From contig CALBJM010000331.1 in NCBI GenBank assembly GCA_937893225.1, positions 3,346 to 67,345 on the forward strand: DNA of 64,000 nucleotides, given 5' to 3'. The position numbers and the translations under genes were made by a program. The notes beneath the pieces were generated by a model, which ran no database searches, had not been told where the DNA came from, and saw only the letters and a list, made by a program, of their open reading frames with translations. This document shows, in pieces, positions 20,065-30,119 of this stretch. The stretch's first letter is position 1. Each line of letters begins with the position of its first letter. The stretch comes from an uncultured Erysipelotrichaceae bacterium. Its GTDB lineage: Bacteria > Bacillota_I > Bacilli_A > Erysipelotrichales > Erysipelotrichaceae.

Positions 20065-21231
20065 ATGACGATGAAGATTACGAAAACCGAGATTGCGATT
20101 CGGGATTTGGTGAAGGATTATAAAGAAGATAAGAAGACAGGTAAAATTACAGGGTATGGAGGGAAGCTGAATATCCGTCCGAAATTTCAGAGGGAGTTTG
20201 TTTATAAGGACAAACAACAGGAGGCTGTTTTGGAAACAGTAAAGAAAGGCTTTCCGCTGAATACTATTTATTGGTCAAAGTCAAATGAAGACAGTTTTGA
20301 TTGGGAGGTTCTTGATGGGCAGCAGCGAACAATTTCAATCTGTCGTTTCTGCACGAATCAGTTTTCGATGGAATTTCAGAAAGGTGTTCCTGTTTTCTTT
20401 ATGAACATGCCAGAAGAAGATAAGAACAAGATTTTGGATTACAAGCTTGACGTGTATCAATGTGATGGTACAGATATAGAGAAGCTGGAATGGTTCAAAG
20501 TCATTAACATTGCAGGAGAAAAACTTTACCCGCAGGAGTTAAGGAACGCTGTTTATTCAGGAGAATGGTTGACAAAAGCGAAGGAGTTGTTTTCCAAACA
20601 GAATGGTTGGGTGTATCGTAAATACAAAGACCTTTTGTCAGGGCAGGTCATTCGGCAGGATTACCTTGAAACGGCATTGAGTTGGATTGGTGCGAAGGAA
20701 GGCAAGAGTATTGAGGAATACATGGCAGCGCATCAGTTTGATGAAGTGAACAAGGAAGGAACGCCTGAAGGATTTCCATTATTCAAATATGTGAAAGATG
20801 TGTTTGATTGGGTAGATAAGACTTTCCCGACGGCACGGTCGTATTTGAAAGAAGCGAAGAAAGTGGAATGGGGTTTGTTGTACAATCGTTTTGGAACAGA
20901 ATCGCCTGACATTGAAGAAATCAATGATGAGGTCAAGAAACTGATGATGGATAGTGATGTCGAGAAGAAGTCAGGGATTTGGGAATATGTGTTGTCAAAT
21001 GATGAAAGTGTATTGAACATTCGCACGTTTGATGACAATACAAAACGAGAAGTGTATGAACGTCAGCATCATAAATGTCCGTATTGTGTACAGGAAGGGA
21101 ATGACAAGGAATATAAAATTGAAGAGATGGAAGCAGACCATATAACGCCGTGGTCGCAGGGTGGAAAGACGACAACAGAAAATTGTCAGATGTTGTGTAA
21201 GAAACACAATCGAAAGAAGAGCGACAAGTAA
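20065..21231 (+). CDS. DUF262 (GmrS-like) plus HNH endonuclease
   Basis: PKFQREFV, LDGQQR, FKVIN; C-terminal EADHITPWSQGGKTTTENCQMLCKKHN. Confidence 0.9.
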   Translation: MTMKITKTEIAIRDLVKDYKEDKKTGKITGYGGKLNIRPKFQREFVYKDKQQEAVLETVKKGFPLNTIYWSKSNEDSFDWEVLDGQQRTISICRFCTNQFSMEFQKGVPVFFMNMPEEDKNKILDYKLDVYQCDGTDIEKLEWFKVINIAGEKLYPQELRNAVYSGEWLTKAKELFSKQNGWVYRKYKDLLSGQVIRQDYLETALSWIGAKEGKSIEEYMAAHQFDEVNKEGTPEGFPLFKYVKDVFDWVDKTFPTARSYLKEAKKVEWGLLYNRFGTESPDIEEINDEVKKLMMDSDVEKKSGIWEYVLSNDESVLNIRTFDDNTKREVYERQHHKCPYCVQEGNDKEYKIEEMEADHITPWSQGGKTTTENCQMLCKKHNRKKSDK

Positions 21232-21311
21232 AGAAAAAGATATAGGCGGGTGATAGAGATATTGCTCGTCTATTTTTTACTATAACATGAAAAAGAAAAG
21301 GAGTCAAGGAA

Positions 21312-21578
21312 ATGATAAAAGTAGGAGATATTCTCAAAGAGAAGGAAGATAGTGAACGATTAAGCATTATCACGAAGATTAAGAACGATGATAGTTTGAT
21401 AGAAGTTCACATGATAGCTGAAGATGGAGAAGTTCGTATAATCACATATCTTGATGAAGACACCATGCAAGAAAGTATTGGCAGCAAGATTGTATCAGAA
21501 AACCAAAATGATACAGATTGGTTGTCGCGTATTGTTAATGTGTTCACAAAAGGTGAGCGAACATTGCAATCCATATAA
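21312..21578 (+). CDS. hypothetical protein with C-terminal tag
   Basis: ends TKGERTLQSI. Confidence 0.7.
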   Translation: MIKVGDILKEKEDSERLSIITKIKNDDSLIEVHMIAEDGEVRIITYLDEDTMQESIGSKIVSENQNDTDWLSRIVNVFTKGERTLQSI

Positions 21579-21599
21579 CGAAAAAGAGGAGTAAAGAAA

Positions 21600-22292
21600 A
21601 TGGGGCAGCGTTTAATTGTAGAGTTTCGGTATGATGGCGAAACGATATTCGGATTGTACCAGCATTGGTCGGCATATACGCAATCCGCATTTGAAACATT
21701 ATATTCCTTGATACAGTGTGATAATGATTTAGGAACGGGTGGACATTGGAAGAAGCCGACCAGTTATAAAGAAGCAGTGTTGCAAGCAATGGAGATGGCT
21801 AGCAACATTCAAGGGGTTGTATGGGACAATTATAATCCCGCAATGAAAGATAAAGATGACGAATCGTTTGGTTGGTCGTATGTTAGAAAAACATTTACGG
21901 GAGATGACGACCAATCAAAAGCAATCAGAGCGTTATCAGAGAAATTTTCAAACGTAGGCGACCGTTCAACAGGGTTGGTTATGATTGGAAAAGAGGCTGA
22001 AAATTGTCTTGATTTAGGTGAATATAGTATTGCTATTAACCTTGACGATCAAGATATTCAGTTTGATGTTTTTAACTTTTTTGAGGGTCTTGCGGAATAT
22101 GTTGATTGCTACGGTGGAGAAGCAGACAAGCCTTCAAATTTAGTGTTGCCCCAAAATGTTTATCTTGACAATTTTAAATATGATGATATAGATTGTATAT
22201 CACCAGTTATTGACAAGATGGCAGAAGGGTATCAGTTTTATGTGCCAAGTATAGGTTATGATAAAGATGTGATATTTGGCGCAATCGCTTAA
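21600..22292 (+). CDS. hypothetical phage protein
   Basis: MGQRL...YQHWSAYT start, GAGGAG SD. Confidence 0.75.
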   Translation: MGQRLIVEFRYDGETIFGLYQHWSAYTQSAFETLYSLIQCDNDLGTGGHWKKPTSYKEAVLQAMEMASNIQGVVWDNYNPAMKDKDDESFGWSYVRKTFTGDDDQSKAIRALSEKFSNVGDRSTGLVMIGKEAENCLDLGEYSIAINLDDQDIQFDVFNFFEGLAEYVDCYGGEADKPSNLVLPQNVYLDNFKYDDIDCISPVIDKMAEGYQFYVPSIGYDKDVIFGAIA

Positions 22293-22315
22293 CAAACTAA
22301 ATGGGAGTAAAAGCT

Positions 22316-24604
22316 ATGGAAGTAAAAACGTCTGATGTGAGAATGGAAAGCAATGAACAGTTGCAGGGAAAATCGTTCACGATTGCAACTAATGCGAAAG
22401 CTTTTGAAATCTTGACAAGCACGTTGTACAGTAATGTTCCGTCGTCGATTGTTCGTGAACTGATTTCCAATGGTTATGATGGACATGTCCGTGCTGGCAA
22501 TGTGTTGAAAGAAATTGATGTGCATTGTCCGACTGTGTTTGAACCGACATTTGAAGTACGGGATTACGGTTGTTCTATGGACGAAGAAACAATGATGAAT
22601 GTATATACGACATTCTTTTCGTCAACAAAGAATGGTGGCAATTCCGAAGTAGGTGGTTTTGGTTTAGGTTGTAAATTGCCGTTTGCATATACGGATATGT
22701 TCACAATTACAACGTATCTGAATGGTAAACGTCAAGACTATATCGCCAGTAAAGAAAATGGTGTCCCGACATTAAACAAAATGGGAGATGCTGAAGATAC
22801 TGACGAACCCAACGGCGTTAAAGTGTGTGTTCCTGTGCAGGAAGATGACATGGAGAGTTTTGAAGATGCAGTGGAATATATGATTAAGTATTCTACTTTT
22901 CCGATTAAGTCTAATCTTGAATGTCAACCCGCAAAGGAATATGACTGTGCAGGAATTTTTAGCTATCATAATTATGGCAATGCAGGTAAAAAGGAAAAAA
23001 AGCAGATCATTCGTGTAGGAGGTGTACCGTACAGACTGAACTGTAAAGAAATGGCGGCTGGGTTCAACATGTGGGATAATGTAAAGTATTATAAAGCGCA
23101 ACAGTCGTATGATAGTAATCGACTGTTGTTGCATAAAGCTTTATGTGAAGTTGAACGTTATAACTCGTTTGATTTGCCGATTGAAAAACTTTTCGACTAT
23201 AACGGTTGTTTGGATTTTGAAATTGGCGAATTAGACATCACGGCATCAAGAGAGTCTTTGCAGTATTCTGTCAAGACAAAAATGGTGTTGTTCAAACGAC
23301 TGGTTGAACTGCAGACGAAATTGTATGATTATCTGTACAAGAAGATTTCTGTATGGAATGACAACATGCAAACGTTGGACAAAGCTATCGACAAGTTCAA
23401 AGAGTTGTTGCAGTTCAATTACGGTAGTTTTGCGAGTGTTTCCAGAGCAATCCGTTTCAACTATAAGGTTGGTGGGTTTGAAAGCTATATTAACATCGAC
23501 AGTTATGATCCGTCATTGTTATGCTACAGTGAGGAAATCGTCCAAAAGAATAGTTTGTTGGACGGGTTGGAAACGCCGAGGTGTCATACGTTAAATGCTG
23601 ATACGAAACGTATTCAACATTCAATCAAAATGGCAACAATTTCTTTGACTAAAACGAGTGTTAAGCAAGACATCTACATTACCAATGCACCGTTGAAGTA
23701 TAGCGGAATCAATGTGGACGAAAAGAAGATTGAAGAATTTGGCAGGTATAACGCCAATGAAGCAATCATTACGGTTGCACAACGTTCCGATGTACAGAAA
23801 CAAGGTGAATTGTTGCAGAAACGTCTTGATGCGATTGCACCTAATATCTACAATGTTATAGTTGTGGATAAAAAGAATTGTGCAATCCCGAAAGCAACTC
23901 GACAAATCAGAAGAGTAAAAGATAGCAAAGAAGAAGTGGTTGACGAAAAACCGATGACGATTGCCGCTAAACAATTGATTGCAAGTATGCAACCGATTGT
24001 GGACTATTTTGGCAAGATTTATCTGTTCAAAGGAAACGGAGAAAATTATGCAAGAATTAAGAGTGCATTGTCAGCTCTTGATTTGGCTAAAGACTTCTTT
24101 GGAATTCCGAGTATGCAACCGATTCTTAATTGTTTTACTGTTCACGGTACGGCAAGAAAATTGGTTGAGAAAATAGCCGATGTTCCTGTCGTGTATTTTG
24201 AAGATGAGGATGATGCCAATGACAACATTGCAAAACATGAGTTAATCAAAAGACTGCAAAAACAGTTAACACAGCTTGACTTATTTGTTGGTCTGTCGAG
24301 AGATGTAAAAATCTTGATGAGAGGTTGCATCAAATACGGTGAAAAGTATGCTCAATGTGATACATTGAAACACATTTGCAAGGTGCAAGAGTTAGGCATT
24401 TGTTCAGTACCGTCGGTTGAGAAGTACGCTAAAGTAGATGCGAATGCAGCAGTGTTGACAGTATGCAAAAACTTTTTGTACCGTATGACTGAAGCACAGC
24501 GAAATTTGGTAATGGCTAATATCTTTTACCAAAATTCTTTCTATTATTCAGCCCCTGAATTTAATGATTTCTTAAGAAGTTTGGGGTTGACAATAGAGGA
24601 ATAA
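22316..24604 (+). CDS. rIIA: rIIA-like protein (GHKL/HATPase N-domain)
   Basis: AFEILTSTLYSN..SIVRELISNGYD, VRDYGCSM, STK, GGFGLGCKLPFAYTD, LDITASRESLQY. Confidence 0.88.
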   Translation: MEVKTSDVRMESNEQLQGKSFTIATNAKAFEILTSTLYSNVPSSIVRELISNGYDGHVRAGNVLKEIDVHCPTVFEPTFEVRDYGCSMDEETMMNVYTTFFSSTKNGGNSEVGGFGLGCKLPFAYTDMFTITTYLNGKRQDYIASKENGVPTLNKMGDAEDTDEPNGVKVCVPVQEDDMESFEDAVEYMIKYSTFPIKSNLECQPAKEYDCAGIFSYHNYGNAGKKEKKQIIRVGGVPYRLNCKEMAAGFNMWDNVKYYKAQQSYDSNRLLLHKALCEVERYNSFDLPIEKLFDYNGCLDFEIGELDITASRESLQYSVKTKMVLFKRLVELQTKLYDYLYKKISVWNDNMQTLDKAIDKFKELLQFNYGSFASVSRAIRFNYKVGGFESYINIDSYDPSLLCYSEEIVQKNSLLDGLETPRCHTLNADTKRIQHSIKMATISLTKTSVKQDIYITNAPLKYSGINVDEKKIEEFGRYNANEAIITVAQRSDVQKQGELLQKRLDAIAPNIYNVIVVDKKNCAIPKATRQIRRVKDSKEEVVDEKPMTIAAKQLIASMQPIVDYFGKIYLFKGNGENYARIKSALSALDLAKDFFGIPSMQPILNCFTVHGTARKLVEKIADVPVVYFEDEDDANDNIAKHELIKRLQKQLTQLDLFVGLSRDVKILMRGCIKYGEKYAQCDTLKHICKVQELGICSVPSVEKYAKVDANAAVLTVCKNFLYRMTEAQRNLVMANIFYQNSFYYSAPEFNDFLRSLGLTIEE

Positions 24605-24611
24605 TTTGATA

Positions 24612-24651
24612 GAAAAGGGTGAGTTGAAAGATATTCACCCTTTTCTTTTTT
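24612..24651 (+). terminator. intrinsic terminator
   Basis: GAAAAGGGTGA/TCACCCTTTTC stem plus T-run. Confidence 0.7.
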
Positions 24652-24681
24652 AACAACAGAATTCAATGAAAGGACACGACG

Positions 24682-25344
24682 ATGATTAAATACTTTATAA
24701 CGCCGAATGTTCTGACGATGTTCATCAATGGCAAACAAATCTTTGTTCCGAGCAGCCATCTGAATTATGGAACAATGTGTAAAGTGTTAAAGGGGGGTTG
24801 TCAAGATGAAAAGGAAATCATGGCTTTAAATGACTTAAAGAATTGCATGTTGACAGAATTTCCAGATTTTGTTGAAGTTGCTGAAGATGGAAAATTGGTC
24901 TTAAAACATTGCCATGAAGTCAATATGGAAAAGTTCACAAAAGAAGCTTTACAATCGCAAAGAGATGGTAAAGATACGCAAGGTTTCTTTTGTTTGTTGA
25001 TGAACATGAGTGAGAATAAAACGATTGGAGTTGCAGACTTTTTACAATGGTTAAAGAGTGGCAGCTGTCGATATACCATCAATGGTACAATCTTAAGCTA
25101 CGGGTTTATTGATGATGGAGGTGTCTGTTTTTTGAAAGAAGCTGCAGATAAAAACACCAATGCAATTGTTGACATTAAACCGCAACTGCTTGAGATGTAT
25201 GTTAATAAAGATAACAAATGGACGTGTGTTCACAAAATCAAAGATGGCAGCTTTACGGTAATGTGGCAAGGAGAAAATAAAAACTTGCCGAACATTGATT
25301 CCTTCAACGTGTTTAGTGGTGATGGGTTGCTGGATTGTTTCTAA
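24682..25344 (+). CDS. rIIB: divergent rIIB-like protein with C-terminal tag
   Basis: follows rIIA; rIIB-like SHLNY N-terminus and NMSEN...INGTILSY core; ends FSGDGLLDCF. Confidence 0.6.
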   Translation: MIKYFITPNVLTMFINGKQIFVPSSHLNYGTMCKVLKGGCQDEKEIMALNDLKNCMLTEFPDFVEVAEDGKLVLKHCHEVNMEKFTKEALQSQRDGKDTQGFFCLLMNMSENKTIGVADFLQWLKSGSCRYTINGTILSYGFIDDGGVCFLKEAADKNTNAIVDIKPQLLEMYVNKDNKWTCVHKIKDGSFTVMWQGENKNLPNIDSFNVFSGDGLLDCF

Positions 25345-25361
25345 AGAGGAGTGAAAATGCA

Positions 25362-25790
25362 ATGGACGAAAAGACATTAAAAGAAATCGAACAACTCGAC
25401 AATACGCAAGTGCTTGACGAGCTTGAAGATTTGAGAGTCAATAACCTTTATGATGACTTGCAAGAAATGTTGTATGCAATCTTTCCGTTGTATGCAATTG
25501 TGTACAATGAAATTGTGGAAAAGTTTCGCATCATCATTCCGTATGAAAATGATGGCATTGCTACCAATGCAAATGATGAATTGGTGTATCAGTTAGCCTT
25601 GCAAGATGATACAGGTTTTGTGCGAACGATGATGTGGAATTTAGATGACCCTGTTGACAATGCAGAGTTTGTCAGAGGTGGAAGAAAACCGTTATTGCAG
25701 ATTGTAAAGAAATGCAATAATTTTCTTGAAGCTGTGAACGCGCTGGCTGAAATCCAGAAAGACGGTGATAAACTGTTAAAGGAGGTGTAG
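25362..25790 (+). CDS. hypothetical protein with C-terminal tag
   Basis: ends KDGDKLLKEV. Confidence 0.7.
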   Translation: MDEKTLKEIEQLDNTQVLDELEDLRVNNLYDDLQEMLYAIFPLYAIVYNEIVEKFRIIIPYENDGIATNANDELVYQLALQDDTGFVRTMMWNLDDPVDNAEFVRGGRKPLLQIVKKCNNFLEAVNALAEIQKDGDKLLKEV

Positions 25791-25792
25791 AG

Positions 25793-26158
25793 GTGAGAAT
25801 GAAAACAGGTGAGTTGCTGGAACATATCAAACGCATTTTAAAAGATGCTAATGGTGAGTCTTTTGGTGGCTATACTTTTCATCTTGATAAAATCACCACT
25901 AAAGCAGATGAGTTAAGGAGTTTGTTTTCTGATGGTTTACAGTATGTATATGCTGTAGGCAAAAACATCAAAAACGAAGGTGGGGGAGATGAGGTTTATA
26001 TAAAACAACGTGCATTGATCCGAATTGATCGAGATGTACTTGTTCGTATAGCCAAATTGACCAATAAAAATGTAAAGCTGCGAAAGATTGACGCTAAACA
26101 GCTTTACTATTATTTGGAGATGGCTGAAATAGGGGAAGCTGTCTTAAACAGTCTTTAA
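25793..26158 (+). CDS. hypothetical protein with C-terminal tag
   Basis: ends EIGEAVLNSL. Confidence 0.7.
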   Translation: MRMKTGELLEHIKRILKDANGESFGGYTFHLDKITTKADELRSLFSDGLQYVYAVGKNIKNEGGGDEVYIKQRALIRIDRDVLVRIAKLTNKNVKLRKIDAKQLYYYLEMAEIGEAVLNSL

Positions 26159-26170
26159 GGAAGTGTACCA

Positions 26171-26554
26171 ATGACATGGAGCAGAGAAGAGATCATTTCA
26201 AACATGCAAAGGTTGTTTGTTGATAAGACTATTGATGTCATTGGCGATAAACAACCTTTTCAAATTCAAGTTGCAAAGTCAGGTGGAAGTTTTGATAAAA
26301 ACAGCTTAAAGTCAAGTTGGAGTCGTGAGGGGAAGGATTATAAAATGTATGCTTTTTGCAGAACACCTTTTTCACACGGAAGCTTGACTTTAGTTTGTTT
26401 TGTCTTAACAAAGAAGCTCGCACGACAGTTATCAAATTATTCAACAGGTGATTTGATAGCTACATTTTCTAAGTTTGATAACACTGTTAATCATACAATG
26501 TATATCAGACTTGAATTGTTGTCAACAGGAAAACAGACATTAGTGGAGATATAA
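26171..26554 (+). CDS. hypothetical protein with C-terminal tag
   Basis: ends STGKQTLVEI. Confidence 0.7.
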   Translation: MTWSREEIISNMQRLFVDKTIDVIGDKQPFQIQVAKSGGSFDKNSLKSSWSREGKDYKMYAFCRTPFSHGSLTLVCFVLTKKLARQLSNYSTGDLIATFSKFDNTVNHTMYIRLELLSTGKQTLVEI

Positions 26555-26556
26555 CA

Positions 26557-26760
26557 ATGAAAAATGAAATCACAATGAAGATGTGGATTTTCATATTGTC
26601 TATATGTGTATCATTCTTTTTGGGTTCGTTTGGTCAATACAAGAATCAATCGAAATACATAAAGATGATCGATAGCCAATTTGAAACAATGGAGAAGATG
26701 CAAGAGGTGAATAACAAGTGCGTGAAACAGGTTGCGGAGTGCGTTAACAAATTGAGGTGA
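26557..26760 (+). CDS. small membrane-anchored coiled-coil protein
   Basis: N-terminal TM helix. Confidence 0.6.
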   Translation: MKNEITMKMWIFILSICVSFFLGSFGQYKNQSKYIKMIDSQFETMEKMQEVNNKCVKQVAECVNKLR

Positions 26761-26763
26761 AAC

Positions 26764-27066
26764 ATGTCAAAGAAATTGATTGACATCTTTTTAATTATAT
26801 GTATAACATATATATTAAGATGGTGTTGGAACAAGTTTTCTAATACAGTGATAAACCCGAATGAAAAGGTCAAATACCCTGATGTGAAAGTTAAGATGGT
26901 TGGGAAACGGTTAATCAAGAATGATCGAATTGTTGATTGTGCTGTAGCCATGATGCTTCAAGGGTATGACGACCAAGAAGTAAGAATGTTTATCACAAAA
27001 GCATACAGGACAAAAACAGGTAAAGAGTTTTTGGATTGTTGTGCAAAGAGTTTTTACATTTACTAA
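26764..27066 (+). CDS. membrane-anchored hypothetical protein
   Basis: N-terminal TM helix. Confidence 0.6.
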   Translation: MSKKLIDIFLIICITYILRWCWNKFSNTVINPNEKVKYPDVKVKMVGKRLIKNDRIVDCAVAMMLQGYDDQEVRMFITKAYRTKTGKEFLDCCAKSFYIY

Positions 27067-27081
27067 ACGAGGAGAAGAAAG

Positions 27082-27633
27082 ATGAGAAATGCTGAAATGT
27101 TTAACGAAGAAAACGACTTTGCTTTGCAGAGTGCCAAAATGGATCAAGTGATTGAACAGGTTGGTTGCAAAGATAATGAAGTTGTAATTATCAAATCTGT
27201 TGATGATGCGCTGGAAGGAGATGCTGTCTTTATTTCTGATTTCAGTTGTTTGGGTAGTAGTGTAAAAGAGTTTGTTGACAATTTTGAACAGTTGGTTAAA
27301 AAAGGCAACACTGTTCATTTTGTCAGAGAACAGATAAGTTTGACGGATCAGTCCCAGATGGAAACTTTCTTGAAACAGTTGCAGTTTGCGGCAATGTTCG
27401 GAAGAAAACTTCGTAGTGCTGTTTCTTGCAACAATCTTGCTGTTGCCGCGAAAGTTGGACGATATGCAGGAAGACCGAAAGGTTCCAAAAATAAAACAAG
27501 CATCATTCAAGAAAAGGCAGATGAAATCGAATTCTGGTTGCAACAGGGCGAGTCTAAAAAGTGGATTGCAGAACAGTTGGGCATTTCGGTAGGTACGGTG
27601 TATAATTACATTCGTTCCAAAGAAGAAGCGTAA
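27082..27633 (+). CDS. degenerate serine resolvase-like protein with C-terminal HTH
   Basis: GDAVFISDFSCLGSS (cf. GDxxVVxxLDRLGRS), KKGNTVHFVRE, GRPKGS, HTH IAEQLGISVGTVYNYI; no YxRVS motif. Confidence 0.75.
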   Translation: MRNAEMFNEENDFALQSAKMDQVIEQVGCKDNEVVIIKSVDDALEGDAVFISDFSCLGSSVKEFVDNFEQLVKKGNTVHFVREQISLTDQSQMETFLKQLQFAAMFGRKLRSAVSCNNLAVAAKVGRYAGRPKGSKNKTSIIQEKADEIEFWLQQGESKKWIAEQLGISVGTVYNYIRSKEEA

Positions 27634-27655
27634 TCATTTAAATAGGGGAAAGACA

Positions 27656-28531
27656 ATGGTTGAATTTCACGGGACTGTAAAAGATTTCTTGAAGAACTAT
27701 CCGAAAGAAAATCGTAAAGTTGGCGAGACGTATCGCATCATCAATTCTAAAGGAAGTAATGATTATCAATTCATTGATAACGTATCTGAAAAGAATTTCA
27801 AGAGAGTTGAAGTTAAAGACGCTGTCAATACTGAAATTGATGGTGCTGAAATGGAACGGCAAGAAGATGAAAGACGACTGTCTGAATTGAAAAAACTTGC
27901 TGAAAGAATTCTGTCATGCGCTGTAAAAGGAGATGAAGGCACACTGATAAATTTGTGTGAGGAAGTTAAAGATTGCACCAACATTACAGATTTGGTGTGC
28001 GAAGAAAATTGTGCTGAACTCAATTGTTTGTTTTGCAGACAGTTTTATGTTGACAACAGTGAAGTATATTGGGGGGTGCTTAACAAAAAAGGCATTGTTG
28101 ATGACATTTGTTCTTTCCTTAACAATTTTGCAACAGTCATTAAACTTAATGCCAAATGTGTTGGAAGAGAAGAGCTTTTAGACAGGCTTCTTCAAGGAAG
28201 TGATGTCGGTGTGTTTGCACGGTTGCGTGAAGAGTGGCTTGAAAGTTGTCAATACGTTATGGAATGTTGCAAACAAAGTTGTGGGTTTGATTTGAGAGGG
28301 GTTCAACGATTGAACAACTTGATATACAACTTTAATGAAATTACAGATGGGTGGTTGTGTTGTCTGAAAGAAATCGTTGATGATTTTGCATGGTTTGGAG
28401 AAACCTTCAAAACATGTGAGGATTGTAAAAGCTATGATTATGATCCACGCCCGATTAATGTTGCCAAGAGCTTTGAAACTTTCAACGAATGTTTGTGCGC
28501 ACTGTATTCAAGATATGGAGTCAGAGAATGA
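27656..28531 (+). CDS. Cys-rich hypothetical protein, paralog of 33918..34685
   Basis: shared N-domain F..YPK..R...YQFI....EKNFK.VE. Confidence 0.7.
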   Translation: MVEFHGTVKDFLKNYPKENRKVGETYRIINSKGSNDYQFIDNVSEKNFKRVEVKDAVNTEIDGAEMERQEDERRLSELKKLAERILSCAVKGDEGTLINLCEEVKDCTNITDLVCEENCAELNCLFCRQFYVDNSEVYWGVLNKKGIVDDICSFLNNFATVIKLNAKCVGREELLDRLLQGSDVGVFARLREEWLESCQYVMECCKQSCGFDLRGVQRLNNLIYNFNEITDGWLCCLKEIVDDFAWFGETFKTCEDCKSYDYDPRPINVAKSFETFNECLCALYSRYGVRE

Positions 28532-28878
28532 CAAAAAAAGGAATCTTCCAAAATATAGGTGTTGCACCGTACATGGTGTTTCGCCTTAAAGATGAATACG
28601 ACGAGGGGTACTATTACAATGGCTTTAATTGCCCATATCAGAAAGGGCATATCTATTGGGTAGTGTCTAATGTTGTACAGGAAAAGACAAGAGAGGTGGC
28701 ATATTTCGTCAGCAAGTATCGAGGTGTGATGCAAGCACCGTCAACCAATTGTAAAGAGCGTCGATGGGTTGAAGATGTCTTGCTAAAGGAATATGATATG
28801 GTTTATCAAGGTATGTCATTGACAGATGCCATTGCTTTTGTCGAAAAACAAACAGATCAGGAAAGGATTGGAGAATGA
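28528..28878 (+). CDS. hypothetical protein
   Basis: ATGA overlap, GGAG SD. Confidence 0.65.
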   Translation: MTKKGIFQNIGVAPYMVFRLKDEYDEGYYYNGFNCPYQKGHIYWVVSNVVQEKTREVAYFVSKYRGVMQAPSTNCKERRWVEDVLLKEYDMVYQGMSLTDAIAFVEKQTDQERIGE

Positions 28879-29057
28879 AAACTTTTCATATACATGTAAA
28901 ACAAACTGTCGAAGGATACTATATCATTCGTGCTGATACAGAAGAAGATGCAATTGATTTGGCACAAGGTTATATGGAGATGGGAGAACACCTTGACAAA
29001 TCACAGGTTACAGATGGTGAGATTGTAGATGCGGAAGAGGTTGGAAAATTTTGCTGA
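28875..29057 (+). CDS. small acidic phage protein
   Basis: IRADTEEDAIDLA motif. Confidence 0.65.
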   Translation: MKTFHIHVKQTVEGYYIIRADTEEDAIDLAQGYMEMGEHLDKSQVTDGEIVDAEEVGKFC

Positions 29058-29346
29058 TTTGTTTGATTTTCTGATCAGCTCAACTACGGAAGAATTAAAA
29101 GAGGCCGGATTTAGCATGAGCTTTCAAAACGGCCTTTTTAATTTGTTCTATAAAGGTGGTGTATCCTGTTCATTTAAAGTTAACGACAACGACATTGAAC
29201 GCGTTTATGTGACTTTACAAAATGATGCAAGAATACAAAACATTGAGATAAACGATAATGTCGATGATGAAATCATTCAGATCGTCTTGAGAAGATTCAA
29301 TGAAATCATTATCCCTATTGGTGATCTCTGTTTAGAAGGAGTATGA
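29029..29346 (+). CDS. hypothetical protein with C-terminal tag
   Basis: ends PIGDLCLEGV. Confidence 0.65.
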   Translation: MRKRLENFADLFDFLISSTTEELKEAGFSMSFQNGLFNLFYKGGVSCSFKVNDNDIERVYVTLQNDARIQNIEINDNVDDEIIQIVLRRFNEIIIPIGDLCLEGV

Positions 29347-29930
29347 AGATGGGTCAGTACTTTTTAGCGTATGTACGTGACAAGAACAAAAAAAGAGGAA
29401 AAACGTTTATCAGTAGTTGTGGTGGCCTGAAATTAACAGAACACTCATGGGTCGGAAATGACTTCATGCAAGGTGTTTGTAAAAAAATCCACAACAAACC
29501 TTCGTATGTATATTGGGTAGGAGATTACTTCGACCCGTCTGAAGATGAAGCTAAATCGGAAATGTCTTCTGATTGTGTCTCTGTTGATTTTGCTTCTTTA
29601 TGGAGAAAGAAGAACGCCAAAGAGTTGCAAGATACTTTTGACATCAGCGATAAGTATTTAGTCAATCATGACTTGAAAGTATATGTTAACATGTGTGACT
29701 ATATCGACATGTTGACATGTGGTAAAACGCATGATAAAGATTGGGTGCAACACCCGTTGTCGTTGTTAACGGCTATCAGCAATGGTAAAGGTGGCGGTGA
29801 TTATGATGTTGAAGGACTGAACGCTGATTCGATCGGAGTATGGAAAGGTTGTTTGTTAGAAATTACAGACAACATTCCGAAAGACTACATTGATGTAACG
29901 GAAGATGTTTTGTTCGATGATGACATCTAA
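29343..29930 (+). CDS. hypothetical phage protein
   Basis: MGQY, GLKLTEHSW, WVGDY, HPLSLLT..NGKGGGDY motifs. Confidence 0.75.
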   Translation: MKMGQYFLAYVRDKNKKRGKTFISSCGGLKLTEHSWVGNDFMQGVCKKIHNKPSYVYWVGDYFDPSEDEAKSEMSSDCVSVDFASLWRKKNAKELQDTFDISDKYLVNHDLKVYVNMCDYIDMLTCGKTHDKDWVQHPLSLLTAISNGKGGGDYDVEGLNADSIGVWKGCLLEITDNIPKDYIDVTEDVLFDDDI

Positions 29931-30119
29931 AAACTTCTATATAATCTGTGTTAACGATGTCGAAACATTTTGTGATAATGGCCGAATTTTAGGTGTATAT
30001 AATTACAAAACAAGACAGTTAACACAGATTGTTAATCGCTTAAAAGATTCACAAAAGGTTCCTTTTCAAGAATGGCGTTCTTCAAAAGAAGACCTTTTAA
30101 TATGAAAGGTAGGTAAGCA

